A stretch of 64,000 bases of DNA, taken from contig JAGBTM010000008.1 in NCBI GenBank assembly GCA_017631325.1, positions 33,645 through 97,644 of the forward strand, in the 5' to 3' direction. The notes below the pieces were generated by a model. That model had not been told where the DNA came from. It saw only the letters and a list, made by a program, of their open reading frames with translations, and did no database searches. The translations under genes and the position numbers were made by a program. The DNA comes from Clostridia bacterium (GTDB taxonomy: Bacteria > Bacillota > Clostridia > Oscillospirales > CAG-272). Shown here piece by piece: positions 29,479 through 37,564 of the stretch (positions are counted from its first letter, which is position 1; every line of letters begins with the position of its first letter).

Positions 29479-29644
29479 GGTTCCGCCTCATAAAAAGATT
29501 TATTATATAATTATACAATTATTTTATAGAAATGTCAACACCAAATGAATAAGAATTAGCTCTCTGTTGAATTTTTATTCTATTTTTGGTTTTTTCCTAC
29601 CTTTTCGCTTTTTAAAAAAATACCGCGAATTTTACGAAATTAAC

Positions 29645-29673
29645 TTGAAAAATAAACAAAAATATGATATGAT
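29645..29673 (+). promoter_or_regulatory. Putative sigma-A promoter for the membrane protein/DUF951/ruvAB block
   Basis: TTGAAA (29645-29650), a 17-nt spacer, then TATGAT (29668-29673) with an extended TGa. Confidence 0.45.
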
Positions 29674-29705
29674 ATATTTGGAATATTATGAAAAGGTACC
29701 GTAAA

Positions 29706-30164
29706 ATGAAAAAAATTAAAAATACCATACTAAATGCGTGTGCTTACACGGTTATTTTGCTTTTCGTCTTTTTCTTTTTCGTAGCGCTTACGGGAAGCAC
29801 TAATTTAGCATTGACCATCTCTTCGTTTACTGCTATATTCTTTATCGGCTGCGTTATCGCGCTTTCAAATCACGTGTTCGGTATTGAGAAGCTTGCCTAT
29901 CCTCTTAGGCTGACGATACACTTCTTTTTACTGCTCGGGGCTCTTTTTGGACTTCTTTATACTACGGGCTATCTTGCCTCAAGGACACCGTCCTCTTATA
30001 TCGTTCTTATCTTCATATACGCTCTGGTGTACGCTATAGTATGGCTGATTTCTCACTTCTTTAAGAAGTGGATTTCACCTCTCACAGCTCGTACAAAGAA
30101 AAAGAACGGCAAGGTAGAGGCCGAGAAAAAACAGACGGCTGAATACAAGCCTCTTTACAAATAG
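29706..30164 (+). CDS. Small four-TM membrane protein, function unknown
   Basis: The track ORF runs 29688-30164. I prefer the ATG at 29706 (MKKIKNTILNAC) because an AAGG lies about 10 nt upstream, whereas 29688 has no SD. The product has four hydrophobic segments and a Lys-rich tail. Confidence 0.6.
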   Translation: MKKIKNTILNACAYTVILLFVFFFFVALTGSTNLALTISSFTAIFFIGCVIALSNHVFGIEKLAYPLRLTIHFFLLLGALFGLLYTTGYLASRTPSSYIVLIFIYALVYAIVWLISHFFKKWISPLTARTKKKNGKVEAEKKQTAEYKPLYK

Positions 30165-30174
30165 GAGAAAGCCT

Positions 30175-30366
30175 ATGCTCCTAAAGAAATTTTCACAGGG
30201 CGACAGCTTGGTTATGAAGAAAAAACACCCCTGCGGCTCGGACACCTTTAAGGTTGCAAGGGTCGGAAGCGACGTCAGAATAATTTGTCTCGGCTGCGGA
30301 CGCGATATGACGTTTGAGCGGGAGGCTGTCGAAAAAATGATTAAAAAAGTTATTATCTCGGATTAG
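30175..30366 (+). CDS. DUF951-family small protein
   Basis: The 63-aa product has the HPCGS...CxGC pattern (KKKHPCGSDTFKVARVGSDVRIICLGCGR) characteristic of DUF951. Confidence 0.8.
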   Translation: MLLKKFSQGDSLVMKKKHPCGSDTFKVARVGSDVRIICLGCGRDMTFEREAVEKMIKKVIISD

Positions 30367-30378
30367 ATTGGAGTAATT

Positions 30379-30984
30379 ATGTATTATTATCTTCACGGCG
30401 AGCTTGCATACGTTGACGCTAGCACCTGCGTTATCGACTGTGCAGGAGTCGGATACAAGCTTACGGTGAGCCAGATTACCGCATCGGCTCTACATACCAA
30501 GCTCGATACAAAAATTAAGCTTTTTACTCACCTTTCTGTAAGAGAGGACGGTGTTGAGCTGTTCGGATTTTCAAGTACCGAGGAGCGAGAGTGCTTCAAC
30601 CATCTTATCAGCGTTAGCGGTGTCGGACCAAAGGTTGCGATGAGCATACTTTCCACTATGACACCTCAAACGCTTGCGCTTGCAATTTGTACCGAGGATA
30701 TTAAATCAATTGCCAAAACACCCGGTATTGGACCCAAGTCCGCCGCCAGAATCGTCCTTGAGCTTAAGGATAAGATTTCAAAGGATATTATGGTCGCTGC
30801 ATCTGAAAACCGTAACACGCCCCTGCCCAAATCGAAAATCAGCGGTAATATTTCAGAAGCCGCAGAGGCACTTGCCGTGCTTGGATACGACAAGAGCACC
30901 ATACTCGCAGCGCTCCGCGATGCAAATCCCGCAGAGGACGTTGGCGAAATAGTAAGACTTGCTCTCAAGAGGCTGACAAAATAA
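30379..30984 (+). CDS. ruvA: Holliday junction branch migration complex subunit RuvA
   Basis: The 201-aa product begins MYYYLHGEL and has HhH motifs (LISVSGVGPKVAMSIL and IAKTPGIGPKSAARIV). Confidence 0.95.
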   Translation: MYYYLHGELAYVDASTCVIDCAGVGYKLTVSQITASALHTKLDTKIKLFTHLSVREDGVELFGFSSTEERECFNHLISVSGVGPKVAMSILSTMTPQTLALAICTEDIKSIAKTPGIGPKSAARIVLELKDKISKDIMVAASENRNTPLPKSKISGNISEAAEALAVLGYDKSTILAALRDANPAEDVGEIVRLALKRLTK

Positions 30985-31127
30985 CGAAGGCCTCTGGTCG
31001 ACCTGACAAAGTGAACGACACGGACGCTGTAAGGATTATCTCAAATAAGACGTGCAACTCTAAAGCCTTGGCTCAACCAAAAAGGCGACCGAAAATCTAA
31101 GCGGACAACCGAAAGGACACAAATCTT

Positions 31128-32210
31128 ATGATGGAAGAAATTAACGAGTTCGATTTTGAAAATCGAATCGTTTCAAACGAATACGACTCAACCCTTGACG
31201 GAGAGGTAGAAAACTGCCTCAGACCAAAAACGCTTGAAGAATACGTCGGACAGCAAAAGGCAAAGTCGAACCTAAAGGTGTATATCGAAAGCGCCAAGCT
31301 TCGTGGCGAGCCACTGGACCACGTCCTGCTCTACGGTCCTCCCGGCCTTGGTAAAACCACCCTTTCCTCGATTATTGCAAACGAGATGGGCGTTAATATA
31401 CGCACCACCTCAGGCCCTGCCATCGAAAAGGCAGGCGATTTGGCCGCTATACTTACCAACCTTGCCCCCGGTGACGTTCTGTTTATAGACGAAATACACC
31501 GTCTTTCAAGAGTTGCCGAGGAAATTCTCTATCCCGCGATGGAGGACTACGCCCTCGATATTATAATCGGTAAGGGTCCCAGCGCAAGAACCATTCACAT
31601 GCCTATCCCGAAGTTCACTTTAATTGGCGCAACCACGAGAGCAGGACAGCTCACTACCCCCTTGCGCGACAGATTTGGCGTTCTTCTTAAGCTTGAGCTT
31701 TATACTACCGAAGAGCTTGCAACAATAGTCAAGCGTTCAGCGTCAATTCTTGAAATTGCAATAACCGACGACGGCGCAGAGGCTATCGCCTCTCGCTCAA
31801 GAGGAACTCCACGAGTTGCCAACCGACTTCTCAAGCGTGTTCGTGACTTTGCTCTCGTCAAGGGCAACGGAACTATCAGCTCGGAAATAGCAAATTACGC
31901 CCTTGAGGCACTTGAGATAGACCACCTCGGTCTTGACAACGTAGACAGACGCATGCTCGAGGCTATCATAAAGTACTACGGCGGCGGACCTGTCGGTCTT
32001 GATACTCTGGCAGCTACTATCGGCGAAGAGGCTGTAACCATAGAGGACGTCTACGAGCCTTATCTTATGCAGATAGGATTTCTGTCGAGAACACCTCGTG
32101 GCAGATGTGTCACGAAGCTCGCATACGACCATCTCGGTATTCCCTTTTCTGCTCAGGGCAACGGCTCGGCCGCTCACTTAGGCCAGCGTGTTATGGACCT
32201 TGATAACTGA
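31128..32210 (+). CDS. ruvB: Holliday junction branch migration DNA helicase RuvB
   Basis: The 360-aa product has [12 protein letters not shown], Walker [10 protein letters not shown], Walker B FIDEIHRL and [11 protein letters not shown]. Confidence 0.97.
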   Translation: MMEEINEFDFENRIVSNEYDSTLDGEVENCLRPKTLEEYVGQQKAKSNLKVYIESAKLRGEPLDHVLLYGPPGLGKTTLSSIIANEMGVNIRTTSGPAIEKAGDLAAILTNLAPGDVLFIDEIHRLSRVAEEILYPAMEDYALDIIIGKGPSARTIHMPIPKFTLIGATTRAGQLTTPLRDRFGVLLKLELYTTEELATIVKRSASILEIAITDDGAEAIASRSRGTPRVANRLLKRVRDFALVKGNGTISSEIANYALEALEIDHLGLDNVDRRMLEAIIKYYGGGPVGLDTLAATIGEEAVTIEDVYEPYLMQIGFLSRTPRGRCVTKLAYDHLGIPFSAQGNGSAAHLGQRVMDLDN

Positions 32211-32271
32211 TTCTCACTTTCTTTATTACCAACCGAATTTCAAATAAGCCTATAAACCCATAAAAGTAAAA

Positions 32272-32318
32272 CCCCTACGACAGCCGGAATCCTGCTCCTG
32301 CTACCGTAGGGGTATTTT
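32272..32318 (+). terminator. Intrinsic terminator after ruvB
   Basis: CCCCTACG (32272-32279) pairs with CGTAGGGG (32305-32312). The hairpin is followed by TATTTT and preceded by an A-run. The loop is long at 25 nt. Confidence 0.55.
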
Positions 32319-32338
32319 AATTTTAATTCCAAAATTTA

Positions 32339-32590
32339 AAGAAAGTTGAAGTCGTCGTAGAGCCACAGCTTCATATCGAACTTTACAGCAGCGTCGATAA
32401 AATACCCCACTGCTTGAAACCAAGCATCGGATAAATATTCAATTTCACAGCCGGAGCGAGGATAAATAAGCGCCTGGTCAATTCCGATATTTTTAAGGTT
32501 CAGTAAATATTCGTATATTTTTTCTTCGTCGGTCTGCCTGTCAAAGCAGACATTGTTATGATGGCGTTTGGCATACGCTCTCCTGAAATA
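32339..32590 (-). pseudogene. Start-less 84-codon ORF remnant, possibly the N-terminal piece of a glycoside-hydrolase-like protein
   Basis: The minus-strand frame is open between TGA (32591-32593) and TAA (32336-32338), with no usable start codon near its 5' end. It translates as ...NVCFDRQTDEEKIYEYLLNLKNIGIDQALIYPRSGCEIEYLSDAWFQAVGYFIDAAVKFDMKLWLYDDFNFL. The family assignment is from memory only. Confidence 0.3.
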
Positions 32591-32639
32591 TCAATCTGCC
32601 CTGTTTTATCTTCGGCTTTTGAAAAAATATGTATTTCAA

Positions 32640-33281
32640 TTATCTGAGTGCGTCGATGGCTGCGCGACGGTCTGCGGATTTGAACACCGAGCTTCCGGCA
32701 ACGAGAACGTTAGCGCCTGCTTCAACTGCAAGCTTTGCGGTTTCGGGATTAATTCCACCGTCAACCTGAATATCGATATCGAGTCCGCGTCTTGTTGCTT
32801 CCTCTCTGATAGCGCGAACCTTAGGGAGCATATCGGCCATAAACTTCTGTCCACCGTATCCGGGCTCTACTGTCATAACGAGAACCATATCGCACATATC
32901 GAGAAGATGGAAGATATCCTCAGCAGGAGTCTTCGGTTTGATGGAAATGGCAGCCTTTACACCGCACTCGCGGATTTGCTTAAGAAGTGCTGCGCTATCC
33001 TCGCACGCCTCGTAGTGAAATGTAACTATATCTGCTCCTGCGTCGATAAAGCGCTTTGCGTACTTCTCGGGAGAAGCTATCATAAGATGCACGTCGAATA
33101 TGATGCTGCTCTTGTTTCTTAAGCATTCAATAACGGGCATACCAAATGACATATTAGGAACGAAAGCACCGTCCATTACGTCAAGATGCGCCATTTCGGC
33201 GCCTGCCTTCTCTATCTCGACAACCTCCGAGGCGAGATTTGAGAGGTCAGATGCTAATACTGAGGGGGAAATCTTAATCAT
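32640..33281 (-). CDS. rpe: Ribulose-phosphate 3-epimerase
   Basis: The 213-aa product has ISPSVLASD, HLDVMDGAFVPN, MTVEPGYGGQKF and VDGGIN. Confidence 0.95.
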   Translation of the reverse strand: MIKISPSVLASDLSNLASEVVEIEKAGAEMAHLDVMDGAFVPNMSFGMPVIECLRNKSSIIFDVHLMIASPEKYAKRFIDAGADIVTFHYEACEDSAALLKQIRECGVKAAISIKPKTPAEDIFHLLDMCDMVLVMTVEPGYGGQKFMADMLPKVRAIREEATRRGLDIDIQVDGGINPETAKLAVEAGANVLVAGSSVFKSADRRAAIDALR

Positions 33282-33512
33282 TTTTTTTTCCTTTCATTTA
33301 AATGACGGCGCCGCCATGGTACCGTCTTATATTTAATTTTTAGATGTTCAAGGTAAATACTTAACTTAATTATTCTACAGTTAAAAAATTTAAGCTCTTG
33401 ATAACGCAAATTAATTTACGTAATTAAGCGATTTAATTTCTCGGATAAGTAAATTAATCGGTCGGTTTTCTCAATGTGTGACACAAGACGTATTTTTTCA
33501 TAAAATACTATG

Positions 33513-33628
33513 GAGCATTTGCTCACGGCAGTATGCGGTTAAAGACATTAAAGCTAAGGACGTATCTAAGACGCTCCGCAGATGCCGTTTATGATTGGGG
33601 TGGCTTCGGCTGCCCCTTATCCTTTTTC
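33513..33628 (+). ncRNA. Candidate small structured transcript (about 115 nt) convergent with ispF
   Basis: A putative promoter reads GTGACA (33478-33483), 17 nt, TAAAAT (33501-33506). An interrupted 10-bp helix forms between CGGCA/TGCGG (33526-33538) and CCGCA/TGCCG (33576-33587). The terminator hairpin GGGGUGGC-UUCG-GCUGCCCC (33597-33616) is followed by UUAUCCUUUUU. The hairpin pairs fully only in plus sense, using two G-U pairs. Confidence 0.3.
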
Positions 33629-34096
33629 TATGAGAACCACCGCGTGCGCCGAGGCGCCATCACCACTTCCCGTGAAGCCCATTTTCTCCTCGGTCGTGGC
33701 CTTTATATTTACGCACGATACCGAGCACTCGAGCACTTCTGCTATATTTTTTCTCATTTCTTCCACGTATTTTGCTATTTTCGGGCGCTCGAGAATAAGA
33801 GTAGCATCGAGATTTACGATGTCGTACCCCTCGCTGAACATAAGCGCGCGCGTTTTCTTTAGAAGCTCTATGCTTGATATACCGAGATATTCCTTGTCGC
33901 TCTCAGGAAAATGCTTTCCTATATCTCCAAGCGCCATAGCGCCGATCAGGGCGTCCATTACGGCGTGTATAAGCACGTCTGCATCGGAATGACCTACAAG
34001 CCCCTTCTCATATTCAATTTTAACTCCGCCGAGAACGAGCTCGCGCCCCTCACCGAAGCGATGCGCATCGTATCCGTGACCTATTCTGATATTCAA
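33617..34096 (-). CDS. ispF: 2-C-methyl-D-erythritol 2,4-cyclodiphosphate synthase
   Basis: The 159-aa product has IRIGHGYDAHRF and HSDADVLIHAVMDALIGA. Confidence 0.96.
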   Translation of the reverse strand: MNIRIGHGYDAHRFGEGRELVLGGVKIEYEKGLVGHSDADVLIHAVMDALIGAMALGDIGKHFPESDKEYLGISSIELLKKTRALMFSEGYDIVNLDATLILERPKIAKYVEEMRKNIAEVLECSVSCVNIKATTEEKMGFTGSGDGASAHAVVLIEKG

Positions 34097-34788
34097 GTCT
34101 TTTCCCTTTCTCCGAGGATAAATTCACAGTATTTTAAATCCTCTTTTGTGGTTATTTTGAGATTTGGCTCGTCCGTTACCACGGCAAGCACTCTGACACC
34201 TGCCTTCTCAAGCAACAAGTTGTCGTCCGTGACGGTCTCTAAAGCCTCGCTCTTATTAAGAGCGTCAAGATAGGTTCTCAGCAAAAACACCTGTGGGGTC
34301 GTCGCAAGGACAAGCTGCTCGCGTGGTACGGTTTCTACTATTTTCTGCTCCGGGTCTACTCTTTTTACCGTGTCGTAAACAGCAGAAGCCAAGGTTGCGG
34401 CTCCGTTTATAATAGCAGCCTCTACGACTGCGTTAATCATCTTGGGCGTTATAAGACACCTGGCAGCATCGTGAATAGCTACAAGCTCGGCATCTGCTAT
34501 AAGCGCACCGATTTTAGCAGACTCGGCTCTGCACGCCCCACCTGCTATAATCTTTTCTACCTTTTTAAATTGCCAGAGCTCGCACCTTGCAAATTCGATA
34601 TCGCACTCACGCGCCACAACGATAATAGAGCTTATGCTCTCTGCCTGCTCAAAGGCTGCCACTGTGTGAGTTAAAACCGATTTGCCGCAAATTTTTGCCT
34701 TTATCTTCTCGTTTCCCTCACCAAATCTCAGACTGCTTCCTGCCGCCAAAATCACAGCGCAGGCACGTCTTTTTTCAGCACTGACCAA
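34093..34788 (-). CDS. ispD: 2-C-methyl-D-erythritol 4-phosphate cytidylyltransferase
   Basis: The 231-aa product has AVILAAGSSLRFG and IHDAARCL motifs. It overlaps ispF by 4 nt. Confidence 0.93.
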   Translation of the reverse strand: MVSAEKRRACAVILAAGSSLRFGEGNEKIKAKICGKSVLTHTVAAFEQAESISSIIVVARECDIEFARCELWQFKKVEKIIAGGACRAESAKIGALIADAELVAIHDAARCLITPKMINAVVEAAIINGAATLASAVYDTVKRVDPEQKIVETVPREQLVLATTPQVFLLRTYLDALNKSEALETVTDDNLLLEKAGVRVLAVVTDEPNLKITTKEDLKYCEFILGEREKT

Positions 34789-34807
34789 GTTTTTATCTCC
34801 GTTTTAG

Positions 34808-35146
34808 TTATTTTCTGTAATAGACGAAATGAACGATTATGCTACGCATAGATCCACCCTGAAGCAGATTTGGGCCTGTAATAATGACACCGTCACCACT
34901 CATAAGCATAGAGGCCTCAAGGTCGGCAATATTACAGGCAAAGAGCCTATCTCCCGAGGAGTCCACGATGAAAGTATCTCCATGCACCGCCATAGCGCCC
35001 CCACGGCCTATAACATCCTCGTTGTCCTCTTTGCGCTCTGTAACGTACTTTACGGGCTGACCGTGTAAGGACTTTGCCATATTTATCCTATACGAGTAGC
35101 TTGAGGTAATATCTTTCTTTTTGAAAAGCTTTGAAAAAAAGGACAT
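34808..35146 (-). CDS. Hypothetical 112-aa protein
   Basis: This is a clean ORF upstream of ispD. I recognise no motif in it. Confidence 0.55.
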   Translation of the reverse strand: MSFFSKLFKKKDITSSYSYRINMAKSLHGQPVKYVTERKEDNEDVIGRGGAMAVHGDTFIVDSSGDRLFACNIADLEASMLMSGDGVIITGPNLLQGGSMRSIIVHFVYYRK

Positions 35147-35285
35147 ACGAAAACCTCTCCGTTCGTTTCTCGTACTATTTTACCACAAATAAATAGAAAA
35201 TGGAATACTTTTTTAAAGTATTTTATTGTTTTTTCGCCGTTTTGAAATTTTTTTAAAATTTTTTTTACTTTTTTTAAAAAACCCC

Positions 35286-35314
35286 TTGATTTTTTATAAG
35301 AGATGTATTATAAT
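35286..35314 (+). promoter_or_regulatory. dcw-cluster promoter (Pmra-like)
   Basis: TTGATT (35286-35291), a 17-nt spacer, then TATAAT (35309-35314). Confidence 0.7.
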
Positions 35315-35320
35315 ATACGC

Positions 35321-35345
35321 GTGGGGCAAAGTGGGTGATTGTGTT
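35321..35345 (+). promoter_or_regulatory. Putative MraZ operator (three GTGKK boxes at 10-bp spacing)
   Basis: GTGGG (35321), GTGGG (35331) and GTGTT (35341) lie directly downstream of the -10. This matches the published MraZ-box architecture of GTG-containing direct repeats with 10-nt periodicity. Confidence 0.6.
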
Positions 35346-35413
35346 CATATTACCCCAATTTGTGTGGAATTATCCCCCAAATATCACAAAAACAAGCGAG
35401 AGGAGGTCCAAAA

Positions 35414-35836
35414 ATGTCATTCGTCGGTTCTTATACGCATGCACTTGATGCTAAAAAACGAGTTTTCATACCGGCTAAATACCGTGATGAGCTTGGCGAC
35501 GTGTTTTACATAACCAGAAAATTTGACACCTACCTCTCAATATATACCGCAGACGACTGGGACGCTTATATTGAAAAAATCGAAAAGCTTCCCGAGTCAG
35601 TAGCTGCTGAAATTCAGGATTTCATTCTCGGTGGCGCTCAGAAATGCACGCTCGACGGAAGCGGACGAATAATCATTGAGGACAGACTTCTTAAGCATGC
35701 AAAAATCGACAAAAACATCGTATTTGTCGGCGTTGGCCGTCAGATAAGAGTTTGGGCCGAGGAGCTTTGGGACGAGCACGACGGCAATCGCGACTTCGAG
35801 AAGATGCGCGATGTGCTTCGCGAGTTTGGTCTCTAA
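35414..35836 (+). CDS. mraZ: Transcriptional regulator MraZ
   Basis: I place the start at the ATG at 35414 (MSFVGSYTHALDAKKRVFIPAKYR), preceded by GAGAGGAGG. The product has two DXXXR motifs (DAKKR, DGSGR). The track ORF start at 35339 is an upstream extension. Confidence 0.95.
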   Translation: MSFVGSYTHALDAKKRVFIPAKYRDELGDVFYITRKFDTYLSIYTADDWDAYIEKIEKLPESVAAEIQDFILGGAQKCTLDGSGRIIIEDRLLKHAKIDKNIVFVGVGRQIRVWAEELWDEHDGNRDFEKMRDVLREFGL

Positions 35837-35860
35837 TTACCTTTAAAGAGGATAAACTTT

Positions 35861-36805
35861 ATGTCAGACACAGGCTTTTCACACGTATCGGTTCTCCTTT
35901 TTGAATGTATCGAGGCTCTCAACATAAGAGACGGCTACACCTACATCGACTGTACTGCCGGCGGTGGCGGACACTCTCTTGAAATAGCCAAGAGAATGGG
36001 TAAAAATTCACGTCTTATATGCTTCGACAGAGACAAAAGCGCTATTGCCGCTGCTACCGATCGCTTAAAGGATTACCTCGACAGAGTTACCTTTGTAAAC
36101 GAAAACTTTACCTCTCTTGAAAGAATTATAAAAGATTTTAATATTACTAACCTTGGCGGTGTGCTTGCCGACCTCGGCTGCAGCTCGCATCAATTTGACA
36201 CTCCCGAGCGCGGCTTCAGCTACATGCACGATGCTCCGCTCGATATGAGAATGGACACCGACGCTCCCCTGTCGGCCTACGAGGTAGTAAATAAATATTC
36301 CGAAGCAGAGCTCAAAAGAATAATTTTCGAATATGGCGAGGAGCGCTTTGCACCAAGAATTGCCTCGGCAATATGTAAAAGGCGCGAGATAAAGCCTATC
36401 GAAACAACCCTTGAGCTTTCTGAGGTAATAAAGAGCGCAATACCGAGTATATCAAGAATAGACGGTCCACACCCTGCAAAGAGAACCTTTCAGGCTATAA
36501 GAATTGAGGTAAACGGTGAGCTTGATGCGATAAAGCCGATTATAGACGCCTCGGCCGCCTCACTCACAAAGGGTGGCAGAATAGCAATAATATCCTTCCA
36601 TTCATTAGAGGACAGAATAGTAAAGCTCGGCTTCAGAGCGCACGCAAACGCTTGCACCTGTCCAAAAGACTTCCCCATCTGCGTATGTGGAAAAAAGCCT
36701 ACGCTAAAGGAAATAACCAAAAAACCTATTTTGCCGAGCAACGAGGAGCTCGAACAAAATCATCGCTCACGGAGCGCAAAATTAAGAATTGCAGAAAAGA
36801 TATAA
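35861..36805 (+). CDS. rsmH: 16S rRNA (cytosine1402-N4)-methyltransferase RsmH
   Basis: The 314-aa product has HVSVLLFE, DCTAGGGGHS, SFHSLEDR and NHRSRSAKLR. Confidence 0.96.
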   Translation: MSDTGFSHVSVLLFECIEALNIRDGYTYIDCTAGGGGHSLEIAKRMGKNSRLICFDRDKSAIAAATDRLKDYLDRVTFVNENFTSLERIIKDFNITNLGGVLADLGCSSHQFDTPERGFSYMHDAPLDMRMDTDAPLSAYEVVNKYSEAELKRIIFEYGEERFAPRIASAICKRREIKPIETTLELSEVIKSAIPSISRIDGPHPAKRTFQAIRIEVNGELDAIKPIIDASAASLTKGGRIAIISFHSLEDRIVKLGFRAHANACTCPKDFPICVCGKKPTLKEITKKPILPSNEELEQNHRSRSAKLRIAEKI

Positions 36806-36817
36806 GGAGAAAGAAAA

Positions 36818-37264
36818 ATGGCATACGCTAACAGCTACGACAGACTTTATGAAAATATGAAGGAAAGACTTACCGTAATCGAAAATAACGCTGAGTATAC
36901 TCTTGGCGAGTTTATGTCTATGAAGGCCGAAATCAAGAAGGCCGACGCACTTCTCCCCGTTGCAGAAAGGTCAACAGCAACCAAGAGCGAAAAGGCAGTC
37001 GCTATGCTTATCTCATACGTCAACGACAAGCTCACCGTTAAGGAGCCGCCCGTAAAGGATAAGACCATACGTGCATTTCCCTTCCGCGCATCTGCATCTG
37101 CCCTTCTTTCCGCGGTAGTTGCGTGCAGCTTCATATTCTCCTTTGGTATTATTGGCGCAAAGCTTCTTGGCGGCAGCACCGCAACCCTTAGCGAGAGCAT
37201 GGCATGTGTAGAGAGTGTAGAGGTTGAACAGACCGAAGCAGAGCTTTCCTGTGAGGCAAACTAA
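36818..37264 (+). CDS. Hypothetical membrane protein in the FtsL position of the dcw cluster
   Basis: The 148-aa product has a single hydrophobic segment near residues 95-120 (ALLSAVVACSFIFSFGIIGAKLL). About 95 aa precede it and only about 30 aa follow it. The positional analogy to ftsL is the only link. Confidence 0.55.
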   Translation: MAYANSYDRLYENMKERLTVIENNAEYTLGEFMSMKAEIKKADALLPVAERSTATKSEKAVAMLISYVNDKLTVKEPPVKDKTIRAFPFRASASALLSAVVACSFIFSFGIIGAKLLGGSTATLSESMACVESVEVEQTEAELSCEAN

Positions 37265-37278
37265 AAAGAATATCATCT

Positions 37279-37334
37279 GTGCGGCACGAAGTCGGGGTAA
37301 TTTGCACCTCCCTCGGTAAGTGCCGCACTTTTTT
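37279..37334 (+). terminator. Strong intrinsic terminator inside the dcw cluster
   Basis: GTGCGGCAC (37279-37287) pairs perfectly with GTGCCGCAC (37320-37328) and is followed by TTTTTT (37329-37334). Confidence 0.7.
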
Positions 37335-37564
37335 ATTTGTAGCATTTTTAAATATATCTTCTTAAAATCTATTTTATTGATATATCTTCCTCTATTGCGT
37401 ATCTAATATTCCTTATTTTTCTATTGCGTATTTTTGCTGTATTTTTATAAACGTATATTTCTAAAATATGTACGTAAACTTTCCCTCATAAAACTCTCCA
37501 TATACAAATATAATGTAGCGATGGCATCTGTCCGTCGCTATATTTTTTTATAAAGGAAAGAGCC

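Noticed and set aside
30985-31127. An unusually long (143 nt), non-AT-rich spacer between ruvA and ruvB, considered as a possible hidden small gene or RNA.
   Set aside because: There is no ORF with a start and SD, no convincing hairpin or terminator, and no repeat structure. The evidence is insufficient to call anything.
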